A stretch of DNA of 63,966 nucleotides, the filler included, from Thraustochytrium aureum (taxonomy: Eukaryota): the NCBI GenBank assembly GCA_012862495.1. It is 9 parts of 5 records of this genome, joined end to end, with 100 filler letters (N's around TTAATTAATTAA, not from the genome) between each part and the next. Parts side by side here need not be neighbours in the genome. Positions count along the whole stretch, not along the records: positions 18,565 to 38,415 come from BLSG01000208.1; 8 more parts are not named here. One strand, 5' to 3'. A program made the position numbers and the translations under genes. The notes under the pieces were generated by a model. That model made no database searches. It was not told the origin of the DNA and saw only the letters and a list, made by a program, of their open reading frames with translations. Of this stretch, positions 20,092 through 32,477 are shown one piece after another (the stretch's first letter is position 1; each line of letters opens with the position of its first letter).

Positions 20092-21300
20092 ATGGGCAGC
20101 GAATGGGTCTTCGAGTACATGTGCCAGGTGCTGCAGTCGCCCTCCTGGGAGGTCCCGGTGATGACTTTCATCGACGAGACCTGCGCGATTTTCGACAATG
20201 AAGAAGAGAACAAGCTCACGCACATGGAAGCGCACTCCGACTTCAAGGTGCTCGTCGAGCGTCTGCTGACGCAGCACCTGACTGAGGTCGGTATCAGCTC
20301 CGAGGAGTTCTACGAAGCCTGCGAGGTGGCGTACCGGCGCAAAGAGAACGGCGACTTTGCGACCAAGATCATTCAGCAGTTGATTGCCTGCGACGACTTT
20401 CTCACATTCAAGACAATCATGTTCAAACGAAACAAGGAACTCGAGTTGGAGGCGCTGATGAGCCTCGCGGAAGGACTGGACGACGAGGATTCGGACGCGG
20501 AAGACGACGTGGACCTCGCTCTCCGGGACTCTGCGCGCGAGTCGAAAGAGCAGGACGCGCTCGTTCGTCAAGAGACAGAAGACTTGGAGGCTGCCATCGC
20601 GCTCAGTAAGGATGCCGAGCGCATGAAGGAGGTGTCGCTGTTGGAGCAAGAGCAGGCCGATCTAGAAGCCGCCATCGCCGTCTCGATTGCCATGGAGGAA
20701 GAGCGCCTACGCCTACTGGAAGACTCGAGCTCCCACGAGTCGAAGAGTTGCGACAACGAGAGCAAAGAGTGCAAGGAGAGCGACGAGTCCAAGGAGAGCG
20801 GGTCCAGCCGCGGGAGCAAACTGCCGCCCCTCGGAAACGCGTCGATTGCTGCGCAGCGCGAGATGCTCGACGAGGGCAAGCGCGCCGCGGCGCGGGTGAT
20901 GAGTTCGATGGGTGCTAGCTCACGGTCGGTCAACCCTCGCGCTGCTGACTTTGACGAGGTTGACGTTGCTCGCCGCCGCCGCCATTTGGAAGCACAGCGC
21001 AAGAAGCTTCTGGCGAAAAAGCAGCGTGAGCGCGAGCGCGAGCTGCGCGATTTCCAAGCGTCGAAGAACCCGGACCAGGCGCCGAGCTCGCCAGGCGGGC
21101 CGAAGAAGCCAGCGATGCAGACGCGCATCACCTCCGAGCAGGGCCAGCTTACTCACGCTCTCGCGCGCCGTATGAAGCAAGACCTGCTTGAGGGCGCTGA
21201 CGGGAACGACGAGACGGGCTTTGGCTCGCTGGATGCCAAGCTTCGGCAGGTCGAGCAGCTCCGCAGGGAGCGCGCTAACCTGCTTCGCGGCGGCATCTAG
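20092..21300 (+). CDS. CFAP36: Cilia- and flagella-associated protein 36 (BART domain)
   Basis: WEVPVMTFIDETCAIFDNEEENKL...DDFLTFKTIMFKRNKELE; UIM-like DLEAAIALS; C-terminal coiled coil. Confidence 0.85.
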   Translation: MGSEWVFEYMCQVLQSPSWEVPVMTFIDETCAIFDNEEENKLTHMEAHSDFKVLVERLLTQHLTEVGISSEEFYEACEVAYRRKENGDFATKIIQQLIACDDFLTFKTIMFKRNKELELEALMSLAEGLDDEDSDAEDDVDLALRDSARESKEQDALVRQETEDLEAAIALSKDAERMKEVSLLEQEQADLEAAIAVSIAMEEERLRLLEDSSSHESKSCDNESKECKESDESKESGSSRGSKLPPLGNASIAAQREMLDEGKRAAARVMSSMGASSRSVNPRAADFDEVDVARRRRHLEAQRKKLLAKKQRERERELRDFQASKNPDQAPSSPGGPKKPAMQTRITSEQGQLTHALARRMKQDLLEGADGNDETGFGSLDAKLRQVEQLRRERANLLRGGI

Positions 21301-21804
21301 CTGGATTCCTCACGTTTGACGGTCGAGCCGAGGCCAGTCGAATGCTTTCGCTCGAGGTGGCATTCGCAGCCTTGACGCAGGCCGAAATGCTCGTGTGCAT
21401 CGACGAGGATGTGCGGAGGCTGTTGGAGCGTGGCTTTCTTGAAGCAAGCCACGTGCAAAACGGCCAGATTTCAGATGCCGCTGCGCATTGCATTGTTGTC
21501 AGCAGGGCGGGCGCTCAATGTTTTTAGAATACAAAGAAGGAGTTCGTTGTTGGAGAAGGCGTGCAGGCGAGGAGGAGTGCGCAACTCGCATGCACAGACA
21601 GAGCGAACGCTTTCCGCGCGCATGCACAGCACAGTGCATCGCGACCATCAGGAGGATCCAGCTCTAGGCCATGTCCGGTGATCGCACTTGCCCTTTCATG
21701 CATGGCGCGAGGGACCTTGCCAAGGAATGAAGGACGGTCGCATCAACCATTGTCACGCTTTTTTTCATCTAGCAACAGCTGTGCCCGCTGTTTACGCTTT
21801 ATTT

Positions 21805-23988
21805 TCAACTGCTGCGCCCGTTGTTCATGGTGACGTTGTGCGTCTTCTTGATCACCGACCCTGCAATGTCGTATGCCCCGGGGCCCAACTCGGCAGTTGC
21901 AGACTTTTCCTCTCGAAAACGAGGGCCATCATCGGCCTTGCGCGCAAAGCCTGGGCGAAGGCGGTTCACTTGGTCAAGTGGCCCGTACTGTCCTGGGCCA
22001 GGGATGGCGCCTTGCTCGCGGAGGGCTCCGAATACGGTATTTGGGCCGTCGAAGCGGCCGCCACTGCTTCGAAAGTTTGCCGTTCCTTGCACGGTGGCCT
22101 TGGGCCGCACATCAGGCCTCGTGCGCAATCCCTCCTGCGCGCCTCGCTCGTGGAGCTGCGGCGTTGCAGTGGGCTTTGGGAATTGGCGCCGCGTCGAGGC
22201 AGCCGTCTCGGGAGACGCGGTACCAGGGCCGGAAAAGCGCAGCGTCTTGGACTTGAATGCCGATGACTGACGGCGGCTTCTTGAATCACCTTTTGGGCGT
22301 TGTCGCAGCTTGGGAGAAAATTTTGGAACCGGGGAGTCCAGGGCGAATGCCTCCGCCGGGTCGAGCTGCAGCTCCAGATGCAGCTGAAGTGACTCGGCCA
22401 CTTGCTTTTCGAGCATCTGCAGCTGTTTTTCCTCCGATTCAATGCGCTCCAGGTCGGTGATGACGGCCGAGTACTCGCCGGGACCTGGGAGATCGCGCTT
22501 TGCTTCCGCGATTTGCGCAAATGTCGATTCCCTCTTAGATGACGTCCCGAAGACAGTCCTCGGCCGCATGGTGGCATCCAAAGCCGCAGCCGCAGCAGCT
22601 GCAGAACAAGCAGTTATGCCACGGCAGACACGAACCGCAGCTGTTGCCGCTGAGCAGCTCTCAGTGGTTCGAGGCCTTGCCCGGACTTGGTTGTCGAGCA
22701 GGCTGTAGCTATAGTAGACTCCGTCGCTTGTCGGGCTTTGCTTGGCGTACGGTACCGCTACTTCGCGCTTAGAAGAGGAACCAAATGCCGCTTGTCCGCG
22801 CTTTTGCTGCTGCCGCGCTTGCTGCGCTCGGTACTGGTCTGTCAGCCAGCACGCTCGCGGGTTCTGGCCGTACGCTCCAGGTCCCGGTGTCTGGGCGCAC
22901 TTCGGAGATGGACTGACGCCGCCCGGCGCCGTCAAGCCCATGGGGCTAGCCACAGCCGCAGCAAACCGCGCATCGCCAACCATCGATGCAATATCTGCGC
23001 GGCCCGTGGTGCTTCCAAACGGGGCTGATCCCGAGCCGACCATGACGCTGTGCGGCTCCTGCTTCCAGTTCCCTGCGCTTCGGTCTCGTGCGGATTGCGT
23101 CGTCTGCGTCAAGCCCCGTTGAGAAACAAGTAAGCCAGTTCTTGAGCTCGAGGCCCTGCCGGTCACAGGCGAGGGCGCAGGACCTGGGCCAAGCGGTGGC
23201 TTGGACTTTTGTTCGTGGACCATAGGCACCTTGGAGGCAAATGAGGAGGTTCCACGAGTGCTGCAGAGGTCGGCGCGTGCCTCGCCGGCGTGCGTGTACG
23301 TTCCTGGACCCGGGGCGCATCCTTGGGGGTTGTGAAATGGGTCGCGCTTCGTTCGGGACAGGCCAAAGCCCGGGGCTTTCGTTGGGGACCCCGGCGCTGA
23401 GGTGATCTCATAGTCACCTGGACCGGCGGAGTCTCGCTGGTCTCCGCGGAGGATCTGGCGCGGGTTTGGCTCAGAAGAGAGCTGGCCCGTGCTCGGGTCG
23501 ATTCTATACCCATAGTGTTTGCCTGGGATCGGGATGGCGGCGGGTGTCCCAGCCAAGCCCGAGAGCGACTGCGAGTCAAACGCCTTTCCGGCGGTTTGTG
23601 GCCGGGCTTTGGAATGAGCCGTCCACTCGTGAACAACTTGGTATTGGCCTGGCCCAGGGTTGTCTATCTGGGTTACTCGGCCGAACCCTGATGCGGCCGC
23701 GCCGACTGGCAGGAGCCGCGGGGCTGTGCTAGCGAGGCCGACGGTGCCTCGGGTACTTGTCCCGATCGCCTTGTTGCGAGGATCCTGGTCGACTGCGTAG
23801 TTGCCGGGTCCTGGTAGGTCCTTCTTGTCTCTGGTCACGTCGTGGCGCTGACTACTGGACGAAAACGGTACCCGGCTCACAGGAACAACAAACTGGCTGT
23901 GCCCCGTGTAGGCGCCTGGTGCGACGCCTTCAGGCGTCCTTTTCAGGGCGAGGTCGAGGTCTCTGTCCGAGCGCACGAGAAGCGTCAT
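21805..23988 (-). CDS. SHIPPO/PGP-repeat (STPG/ODF3-like) axonemal protein
   Basis: About eight (P)GPGxY repeats across 727 aa. Confidence 0.85.
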   Translation of the reverse strand: MTLLVRSDRDLDLALKRTPEGVAPGAYTGHSQFVVPVSRVPFSSSSQRHDVTRDKKDLPGPGNYAVDQDPRNKAIGTSTRGTVGLASTAPRLLPVGAAASGFGRVTQIDNPGPGQYQVVHEWTAHSKARPQTAGKAFDSQSLSGLAGTPAAIPIPGKHYGYRIDPSTGQLSSEPNPRQILRGDQRDSAGPGDYEITSAPGSPTKAPGFGLSRTKRDPFHNPQGCAPGPGTYTHAGEARADLCSTRGTSSFASKVPMVHEQKSKPPLGPGPAPSPVTGRASSSRTGLLVSQRGLTQTTQSARDRSAGNWKQEPHSVMVGSGSAPFGSTTGRADIASMVGDARFAAAVASPMGLTAPGGVSPSPKCAQTPGPGAYGQNPRACWLTDQYRAQQARQQQKRGQAAFGSSSKREVAVPYAKQSPTSDGVYYSYSLLDNQVRARPRTTESCSAATAAVRVCRGITACSAAAAAAALDATMRPRTVFGTSSKRESTFAQIAEAKRDLPGPGEYSAVITDLERIESEEKQLQMLEKQVAESLQLHLELQLDPAEAFALDSPVPKFSPKLRQRPKGDSRSRRQSSAFKSKTLRFSGPGTASPETAASTRRQFPKPTATPQLHERGAQEGLRTRPDVRPKATVQGTANFRSSGGRFDGPNTVFGALREQGAIPGPGQYGPLDQVNRLRPGFARKADDGPRFREEKSATAELGPGAYDIAGSVIKKTHNVTMNNGRSS

Positions 23989-24494
23989 CCTGCCTCCCTC
24001 GTCACCAGCAGCAAGCCCGACTGGCTCACCAGTGCACCTCGCCGCCCCTGCCTCGTCCAGAATGCCTTCGCGCCTGGCTCTTCGCCTCTCCCGCCAACTC
24101 GCTCAGTGCGCGGCGCCTGGCACTTGCGCATTGGCCACGACGCGGACCTGCCACGAAGCACAACACGACAAAAGACAAATCCGTTCATGCCGCGCCCCGA
24201 CTCTTGGGGTGTAGTGTAGGACTCTTTTCCGCGAATATATCGGCAAAAGTGCTCTACTTCCCCTCCCAAAAGGCACAACGCGCTCAGAAACGTTGTACCG
24301 AACCCACGAGTATTATTCCTTGCATAGTATATCTAGACCTACCCTACCCCTGCCTCCCAGCACCACTGTCCGTATACTCTCGTCTATATCTTTGTTGACC
24401 TGTCGCAGAAAATACAAATCGGGTAAACACCCGATACCTCCACTACAATTTGTATACTCTCCTCCCCCCCCTCAAAATATATAACACCTGCACA

Positions 24495-24676
24495 GGCGTC
24501 CTTCGAGGGGCCATTACTCTGGAAGTTTTCTGTCAAGTCCAATACACGGGCGTTCTTCGAGGGCGAGCCTCCTCAAATACGCAACCTCATACATACAGAG
24601 CGGTCCCCCAGGCGTCATTCGAGTGCTGATCGCGCATATACAGACACAGAACGGCCCCCCAGGCGCTCTTCGAGGG
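24495..24676. repeat. Four degenerate repeats, consensus GGCGYYHTTCGAG, spaced ~51-62 bp
   Basis: Copies start at 24495, 24549, 24611, 24662. Confidence 0.6.
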
Positions 24677-25129
24677 CGAGTCGCGCCGGCTCTGGCGTGC
24701 GAGCGGGAGGAGCAGGNNNNNNNNNNNNNNNNNNNNNNNNNNNNNNNNNNNNNNNNNNNNNNNNNNNNNNNNNNNNNNNNNNNNNNNNNNNNNNNNNNNN
24801 NNNNNNNNNNNNNNNNNNNNNNNNNNNNNNNNNNNNNNNNNNNNNNNNNNNNNNNNNNNNNNNNNNNNNNNNNNNNNNNNNNNNNNNNNNNNNNNNNNNN
24901 NNNNNNNNNNNNNNNNNNNNNNNNNNNNNNNNNNNNNNNNNNNNNNNNNGGGGTCGCGGGCGTGCAGAGGGACTGCGGCACGGAAGGAAAGAGAAAAAGG
25001 AGAGAAAGAAGGAAGGAAGAAGGCCCTGCGACCGGTAGCGGGTGCAGGAAGCGGCGGCGCGCGCCGCCGGGCGCGCGGGGCTGTGCGGGCGAGGGCGCTG
25101 GGAGGTCGCTGTCTTGATGCCGCTCGCGG

Positions 25130-28100
25130 ATGGAGAATAATCGGGAGAACTGCGGCGCGGGACGGCACCGCGGCGGCTGGCGCGTCAAGGTGTATCGGCT
25201 GGACAGCGAGGGGAAATGGGTCGACGAAGGGACGGGCATGGTGGAGTGCAAGTACGTGGACCGCATCAATAACAACGCGCTCCAAGTGGTCTCCGACAAC
25301 GAGGCCGAGGCCCACGGCAAGGTCATCTTGGAGTCGGCCATTGTCACCGAGGACGTGTACCAAATCCAGGGCAAAATGATCATCACCTGGAGCGAGCCCG
25401 GTAGCAACGCCGAGCTCGCGCTCTCGTTCGAAGACACGCGCGGCTGCGAAGACATCTGGGACCAGCTCTGCACTCTGCAAGGCCGCGTGTCTGCCGACTA
25501 CCACAGCAGCTCCCTCTCGCGCCCAGCCACGAGCGCGCACCGCGAGGGAACAGATACGCAAGACTCGCTCGACATGGACCACTCGCAAGGTTCAGGCAAA
25601 ACGCGATCGTGCAGCCCTACGGAGGAGAAGGACGAGCTTCCAGCCCCCTCAGTGGAAAACCTGCAGCAGATCGCCGATCTGCTGGGAAGCGCCGGCCCCT
25701 GCTGCGAGAGGCCTACTACCTTACGATCGTCAACCCAATGCGTCGCGACATCCAATCTGCGCAGTCCAGCGCGCTGCAAAAGGAGGCCGACGACCTGGCG
25801 CGCGAGCGCGAGCGCCGCGCCGCGGCAGCGGCCGACGCTGCCCAACCTGCTAGTGGCGAGGGCGACGCCGCCGGAGGCACAGGCTTGCAGGGCGGCGAGC
25901 GGGGAGCGGGGCGGTGACGCTCGAGTCGACCGAGGGTTCTGGGTCCTGCGCAAGGCCCCCACGTCGAGGAACCTGGTGCTGGAGCGAGCGGCGGCGCGCC
26001 TGGCGCTGCGGCCGGCGGCGAGGATGCGGGGCGCGAGACCGCGGCGACCAGTACCGGTACCGAACGCAACTCCTACCTCGGCGCTTTGCTGGACGTCTTT
26101 CACCTCCTTGAGGAGAGGAGCCACACGGAAGGACTACGCCAACTGTATGTGATCTTTCGCACTCTGGTTATGTACAACGAGCCTGTCCTAATGGACATGA
26201 TCCTCTCAGACGAGTACTTTGACGACGTCGTCGGTGTGCTCGAGTACGACCCCGAGATCTCCCCAAAGCCAGACCATCGGGGGTTTCTGCGAAACACCGT
26301 CGAGCACAAGATGATCGTTCCAATCGACGACAAGAGTGTGCTGCAGAAAATCCACCAGTGCTTTCGGCTCCGCTTTCTGCGGGACGTGCTGCTCCCAAGG
26401 GCCTTGGACGAGGGATCCCTGACCATGCTTTCCGAGATGGACATGGTGAACGGCATCCAGATCGCCACCGCGCTCCACGGCGATGCCAAGTACGTGCGCG
26501 GCATCTTTTCGCTGCTCACAGACGCAGCCGTGCCGCGCAGCCAACGCGCGGAAGGGGTTGCGACGCTGCAAGAGCTCTGCTCGCTCGCAAAGAAGATGCA
26601 AGTCCCTGCCCGGAACGCGTTTTATCGCTCGCTCATCAACAAGGGGGAAAACTTTTTCGGGATGTTCGAGGCCATACTCGGCGACGAGTCCTCCTCGGTG
26701 CGCGAGCGCCTCAACATCGGTGACATAATCAAGCTCGCTTTGCAGCACGACCCGGCGCAGCTTCGGTCGTTCATTCTCGGCGAGGCGAACCATCCCTGCA
26801 CACCGCAGCAGCACGCAGCGGGCCTCTTGGAAACACTCTCGCGGGACTCCAGTTTGGGTTTAGCGCAGCGTCTGGATGCACAGCGCAACCTCTTTGCAGC
26901 GCCCGACGACTATTCCGTCAACGTGGCGGATCGAGCGGGAGGGCCGCCCCCGCGGCTCAGCCTCATGGCGCAACTCCTCAAGCGCCTGGTGTACGACCCG
27001 GAGGCGGGCATGCAGGCCCAGGCGAGCGAGATCCTCCGCATGCTATTGGACCCAGAGACGATGGAGGTGAGCGAAAAAGAGGACTTCCTCTCGCTGTTCT
27101 ACAACAACTACATCCAATGGCTAGTCCTCCCTCTCGAAATGATCAAGGTGCGCCACACTGCGACCGCGGCGGGCATGGCGCCCGCCGACACCGCAGCCGC
27201 AGGCGTCTCCGCGGCCACGAGCGCCGCGCCCAACGGCGACGAAGACGGCGGGGCCGACGCCGACCAAGGCGATGAAGAGGAAGTCGTCATCGCCCCGGGG
27301 CCGGATGCCGTGCCTGCCGGCCCGCTCGCGCCCAACAAGTACCAGCTCATTTTGTGTGGGGGCCTGCACGACGCGCACACGATTGAGGACGCCGTGGCGG
27401 CAGCAGAGCCAGAAGCGGGGCGCAGCCTGCGCCGCCGGCGCCCACGCACAGTGGAGGAGCAGCGGCTCGCGCGAAGAGCCTCCGAGACCGCGCGCGTGGC
27501 GGAGCATCACATCACGGAGCTGCTCTCGTTTTGCGTGCAGACGCACGGGTACCGCATCAAGTACTTTGTTCTGCGCAACAACATTGTTGCCAAGGTGCTG
27601 CGCCTGTTGTACTCCAAGGACAAGCACCTGGTCCTGGGGGCGATTCGGTTTGCGCGGACCTGTGTAGGGCTCAAGGACGACTTTTACAACCGGCACATCA
27701 TGCGCTTCAACCTCTTCAGCCACGTATTCGACATCTTTGCCACGAACGGGCCGCGGAACAACCTGATCAACTCGGCTATTATGGAGCTGCTCGAGTTTAT
27801 TCGCATGGAGAACATCCGCATGCTCGTGACCTATATCGTTGAGAATTTTGCGCCGCTGCTTCAGTCGATCGACTACGTAGACACGTTCGACAAGCTGCGC
27901 CACCGGTACGAAGCCAACCTGCTCGAGGAGGGACGCGCAAACTCCTTGAGGCGCGCAGGCCCGCGTGGCCAGAATGGCGCCTTCCACAAGGGTGACGCGC
28001 GCAACCTGCGCGCGCATCAGCCCTTGCTCAAGGCGGGCCAGCGGCAGCAGCCCTTGACGAAAGGCGAGCGCGCCGCCTTCGCCGAGCTCGGCGTGCCGAT

Positions 28101-28641
28101 CCCACAAGACGAAGAGTCGTACTTTGAGGAAGACGGCGCTGACGGAGGTGCCGGACTGGATCCGGCGGCGTCTGCTGCCTCTGCGGCAGACGCCGAGGCG
28201 AGAAAGCGGTCTCCGCCGCAAGAAGTCTTTCTGCCCCGCAAGAAAAAGCCGCTCGTACCCTACGGGTCGTCGTCGTCAGAGGCTGCCATTGACTCGGACG
28301 ACGAGTTTGATTCCCACCACCGCAGCAGCAACTCGCCCAATCAACCGAACGGTCGGCAGCCCGGGGCGCAGGGGCCGCGAGGAGGAAGGCCGGGCATCTC
28401 AAGCTCGTTGTCAACACTGGCGTCGGCGCTGGCGACTCGGGACCTGGCACTGCTGGGTCGCTACCGTCCTGCGCGCCCTCCTCCTCAGCTTCAGGTTCAC
28501 CTTCCGAGCAAGGCAAGGCGGGAGCCTCGGCAGGCCTCTGTGGCGGAGGGTGCAGGGAATTCCAAAGCGGGTGTCGTTTCTGTTGGCGCAACAGATGCGC
28601 CCTCTGGGCACAATGCCGTTATGGGCTCAACAACCTCTTAG
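25130..28641 (+). CDS. PPP4R3: Protein phosphatase 4 regulatory subunit 3 (SMEK/Psy2); frameshifted
   Basis: EVH1-like N-terminus RVKVYRL...WVDEGTG...LALSF...GCEDIW; GVLEYDP, KIHQCFRLRFLRDVLL, ELLSFCV..HGYRIK, RNNLINSAIMELLEFIR; shifts at ~25700 and ~25900-25945. Confidence 0.92.
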
Positions 28642-28981
28642 TTGCCTTGCCGCGTGCAGCGGGCGGGTCTCGTGATCGCACCAACCAGGCAAGGGCGCGA
28701 GCTCGAGAAGCTTTTGTTGCGGTCAGCTTCCGTGCTCGCTTTGCTCTGGTTTGCCTGCGACCCTGCGCGAGCGTGGCGGCTGACAGCAAGCGCAAGCTTC
28801 TCCAATTGCGCGCATCTGGCGTTGGCATTCGACCAGCCTGAAAGCCTCGACGATCTCTTGCAGTTAGTAATTTTACCAAAAAAGTGTGCCGTGCCAGTAT
28901 ATGTACATTACGGGCTGGTTGGGGACCCGCGCTCAAGGCAGATGCGCGCTCACGACCGCCTCGCGCGGGGTCCTCGAACGC

Positions 28982-31900
28982 TCAATCGGGCCCCCAGTGG
29001 TGAGCAGAGTCGTTCCATTGGAACTCGGTGTGTCCCAGTGAATCGGTTGGCTTCAGACCATCGCTGTGGGCGTGTTCGCCAGCCCATCCCGAACCTTCGT
29101 GCTCGGCCGATGCGGCAGAGACATCCCACGCCACCGATTCGCCGCGCAACGCCTCGCTAGAGCTGCTTTCCGAGAGCGCAGCTTCGGCGCCGCTTGCGCC
29201 GAGTGAAACGCGGCTTCTCGGAACAAACACGCACTCGTGCAGCTGTGGCGCCTCGAATCGGACTTGGCCCGTTTCCATGTGCTGCCAATACTCGCGTTCG
29301 CTGAACGGGTCCACGTCTCGCACCCACTTGGCAAACTCGGCCTTCTGGTACACGCGGTCCACCTCGGCGGAGGCCTTTGCGAGCGCTTCCTGGCTCTCGG
29401 CCTCCATGGCCAGGTGCTTTTTCCAGTACACCTGACCTCGAACCCACTCGCGCCATGCCGAGAAGGTCATGCGCACGCTCAGGTGCAACCAGTTGAACAT
29501 AATCCGTCTCGTGATGCGGTATTCACGCCGGACGTCGAACGCTGCGTACTTTCGTTCGACGTGAAGGTGCGCTTGCACCAGCTTCTCTCTAACGAGGACC
29601 GTCCGGCGCGCATGGGCCTTCGTGAGCAGCTCGTGCAAGCCTTGCCAGAGCTCGCGCCGTGGCTTGTATTTCTTCAATAGGTTTTTCGCGCGAGCCTGAA
29701 CGCGGTACCGCTCGTTCGCCATTTCCGCGTCACGCTCAATCAATTCGATCTCGATGTCTTGAGGGTGGTTCTCCATGTCGTCGTCCACGTCAGCGATTTT
29801 ACCCCTAATCTCCTTGGCCTCCCACCCTTTGGATCGCTCCAAGACCGCCACGAGTTTGTTCCGCTTTTCCTCGAGCTGCTGGATGCGCTTTGCCTTTTGC
29901 TCGTTGAGTCTAGCCTTGCGCGCGACCCTCTTGAGAGACTCTTTGCGGCGGCGGCGCTCGAGGGCAAGTCGGCGCGCGAGGATGAACCGCTCTTGGCGTT
30001 CCTTCTCGAGGAGGGCTCGGGCCTGCTCCCGAGCGAGTGCATTGAAGAAGCTCACGCCCTCCTCGCTGTTGCAGTACTCTTCAGCAGCTGCGTCTACCAC
30101 CTCCATTGCGGCTTGCAACGAGACTTGCTCCTGGTTGAGGCTGTCCCTCCGGAGCTTTTCCATGTAGGTCACTGGAGCGAACTTGAGCAGTGTTGCGCTG
30201 CGACTGCACCGAAAGTCCAAGTTCGGGGGCACGCAGAGCCGCGGCTCCCCGTCGCGCATGCACCCGCAAAGTTGAAACATTGCCGGTTGCTCGTAGGCCA
30301 CGACCGAGCCAAAGGCGTCCTTAAAGTGTTCCAATGCATCCTCGACGTCGGCCTGGGTGTACTCAAACGGAAGGAAGCTGCGCGGCACCTTTGCGAGCTC
30401 GTGCTTGGTGCGCCGCAATCGCTCGGAGGGGTCTGGCTTGGCCTCGAGCCGGTCACCCTCCTCCATTTGCTTGAGAAGCGTCGTGCGCCTTTTGCGCGCC
30501 TCGGCTTTGGCTCGGCGCGCGAGCGGGTCGTTTGTCTCTCCGCCCCCCTCTTCCTCCTCGTCTTCGATGTCGATCTCAACTTTGAAGATGTCTTCGTCGT
30601 CCTCGCCCTCTTCGTCCAGCTTGGCTCCAGACGGGTCCAGGTTGGCCGTCTTGTATGTTTGGGGCTTTTCTGCGCCAGCATCCGCTTCTTTAGCCTCCCC
30701 CTCTGTGTCGGCGTCCTCCGAGGCGTCCTTGCTCGTGACGTTTTTCAGCGTCGCTGCTGTCCCCGCCGTCGCGCTCTTTGGCAATGCCCTCCATGCTTTC
30801 GAGCATGTCCTTTTCGAGGCGCTCGAGCTCGTCAAGGTCGGCTTTCTCTGCGCGGCGCTTTTGCTTGGCGTACTCGGCGAGCTTTCGCTCCATCACGTCT
30901 GGGTGCCGCGAGAGCGACTCAACGTAGCTGTTCCATGTGGGGACGACGTAGTCGAAGAGGTATGACGGAACAAAGGCGTGGTGCAAGTCTCGCACGTCCC
31001 CCACCGCCTCCGTGGTGCACCCGGCCTGGTAAAACTCCAGCTGGTGCATGTCTTCGTCGTACATGGTCGCCAAGACCGCTTGGAGGTGCAAGACGAGGTC
31101 CTTGCGCTCCTTCTCACGATAAAACTCGACGCTGTCTTTGAACCAAGCGCGCAGTTTCGGGAGACCTGCAACAACAATGGCCATGTCAGGGACTTTCATC
31201 GGGTTGCCCTCGAGGTGGATTGACTCTAGCTTGTCCAGTTTCAGAAAGTCTGGCGGCAGCTCGCTTATCATGTTCCAATCCAGCCAGAGCCGCTCCAAGC
31301 TCTGGCAGTCACAAATATCGTCCGGGATAACGCTGATCCTGTTGTCGCAGAGCGAGAGGTGGCGAAGGTTGACGAGTTTGCCGAGGCCGCGGGGGAACCG
31401 CCTAATGCGGTTGTGGTCTGCTGTCAACGACACAAGGGTCTGAGCCATCTGAGACAACGAACTGGGAAGCTGGTGCAGGCTCATCTTGCTCCAGCTCACT
31501 ATGCGGCAGCGGAGGGCTGATACCGACTCGGGCAGTCTCTCGATCGGGTTTTGCTCGAGGTTGAGCCGCGGCAGCTTTTGAAGCCGCGAAATGCTCTCAG
31601 GCAACGCCGTGAGATGGTTGTTGGCGATATGGAGCGACGTTAGCCCAGTGAGGTCGCCAAAGCTCTCCGGCAGAGCTGAGATCCGATTTCGAAGCAGGTT
31701 GAGGTCCTCCAGGCAGGGCATCTTGGTCAAGCCCTCGGGGACGCGGTCCAGCTCGCAGTTGCTCAGGCTCAGAACGGTGACGCGGGTAAACCGCGAAAAT
31801 AAGTCATCAGGGAGTTGCTTGAACGGGTTGCCAATGAGGCGCAGCAGGACAAGCCGTGGAGCCATCTCATACACGCGCGGGTCGACCGCCGTAAACCCTT

Positions 31901-32477
31901 GCCAATTGGCGACGAGCTCGCCGTTCCGCTCGGCTTGGAGGAACGGTACAGCCCATTTGGCAGCGATCGCTTCTGCCGCGGCCTGCTGCTCGGCGGCTGC
32001 AAGGGCTTCGCGGTCGTTTCGTCGCTTCGATTCGCGTTCCTCAAAGGCCAGCCGGAGTCGTGCTTTGGCGGCCTGCTTGGCGTTGAATTCGCGAAACTGC
32101 ACCTCTTCGCGCTCGTCGAGCGAGATGTCCTCATCGCTCCCGAGGAGCAGGGGCTTGCGGGGCAGCCGCTGCCCGCCGACTTGGTCCTCGTAGTACACCT
32201 GGCCGCTCACGGGGTCGAACCGTTTGGCATACCGTGACAAGCATGCCGACCTGAGTTTTGTGCGCGCCATTGCCCTTCGCGCCGCCGCTTGGATCAGCTT
32301 CGCAGCAGCGTCTTCGATCCGCGCATTCGCCGTAGCTGGAGCACTCTTGCCGCAGCGTCCGCAGCGCGCTTGCCCGTACGCATTTTCGCTCCTGCACAGG
32401 GGACAGCTCCAAGGCACGACGTTTTTGCGCTTCCACCTCGCGGCCCACCCTCGCCTTGCGCCCGGCACAGCGACCAT
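28982..32477 (-). CDS. LRR protein with RanBP2-type zinc finger, IQ and WW-like motifs (frameshift ~30743)
   Basis: WSCPLCRSEN...CGRCG; LIQAAARRAMAR; YAKRFDPVSGQVYY; ~10 LRRs; C-terminal WVRDVDPFSEREYW; an A5 run joins ORFs 30690.. and 28982.. Confidence 0.85.

Noticed and set aside
25915..25917. In-frame TGA within PP4R3 as selenocysteine or readthrough
   Set aside because: It lies in a low-complexity linker flanked by G-runs; two compensating indels explain it, and other genes use TGA as stop
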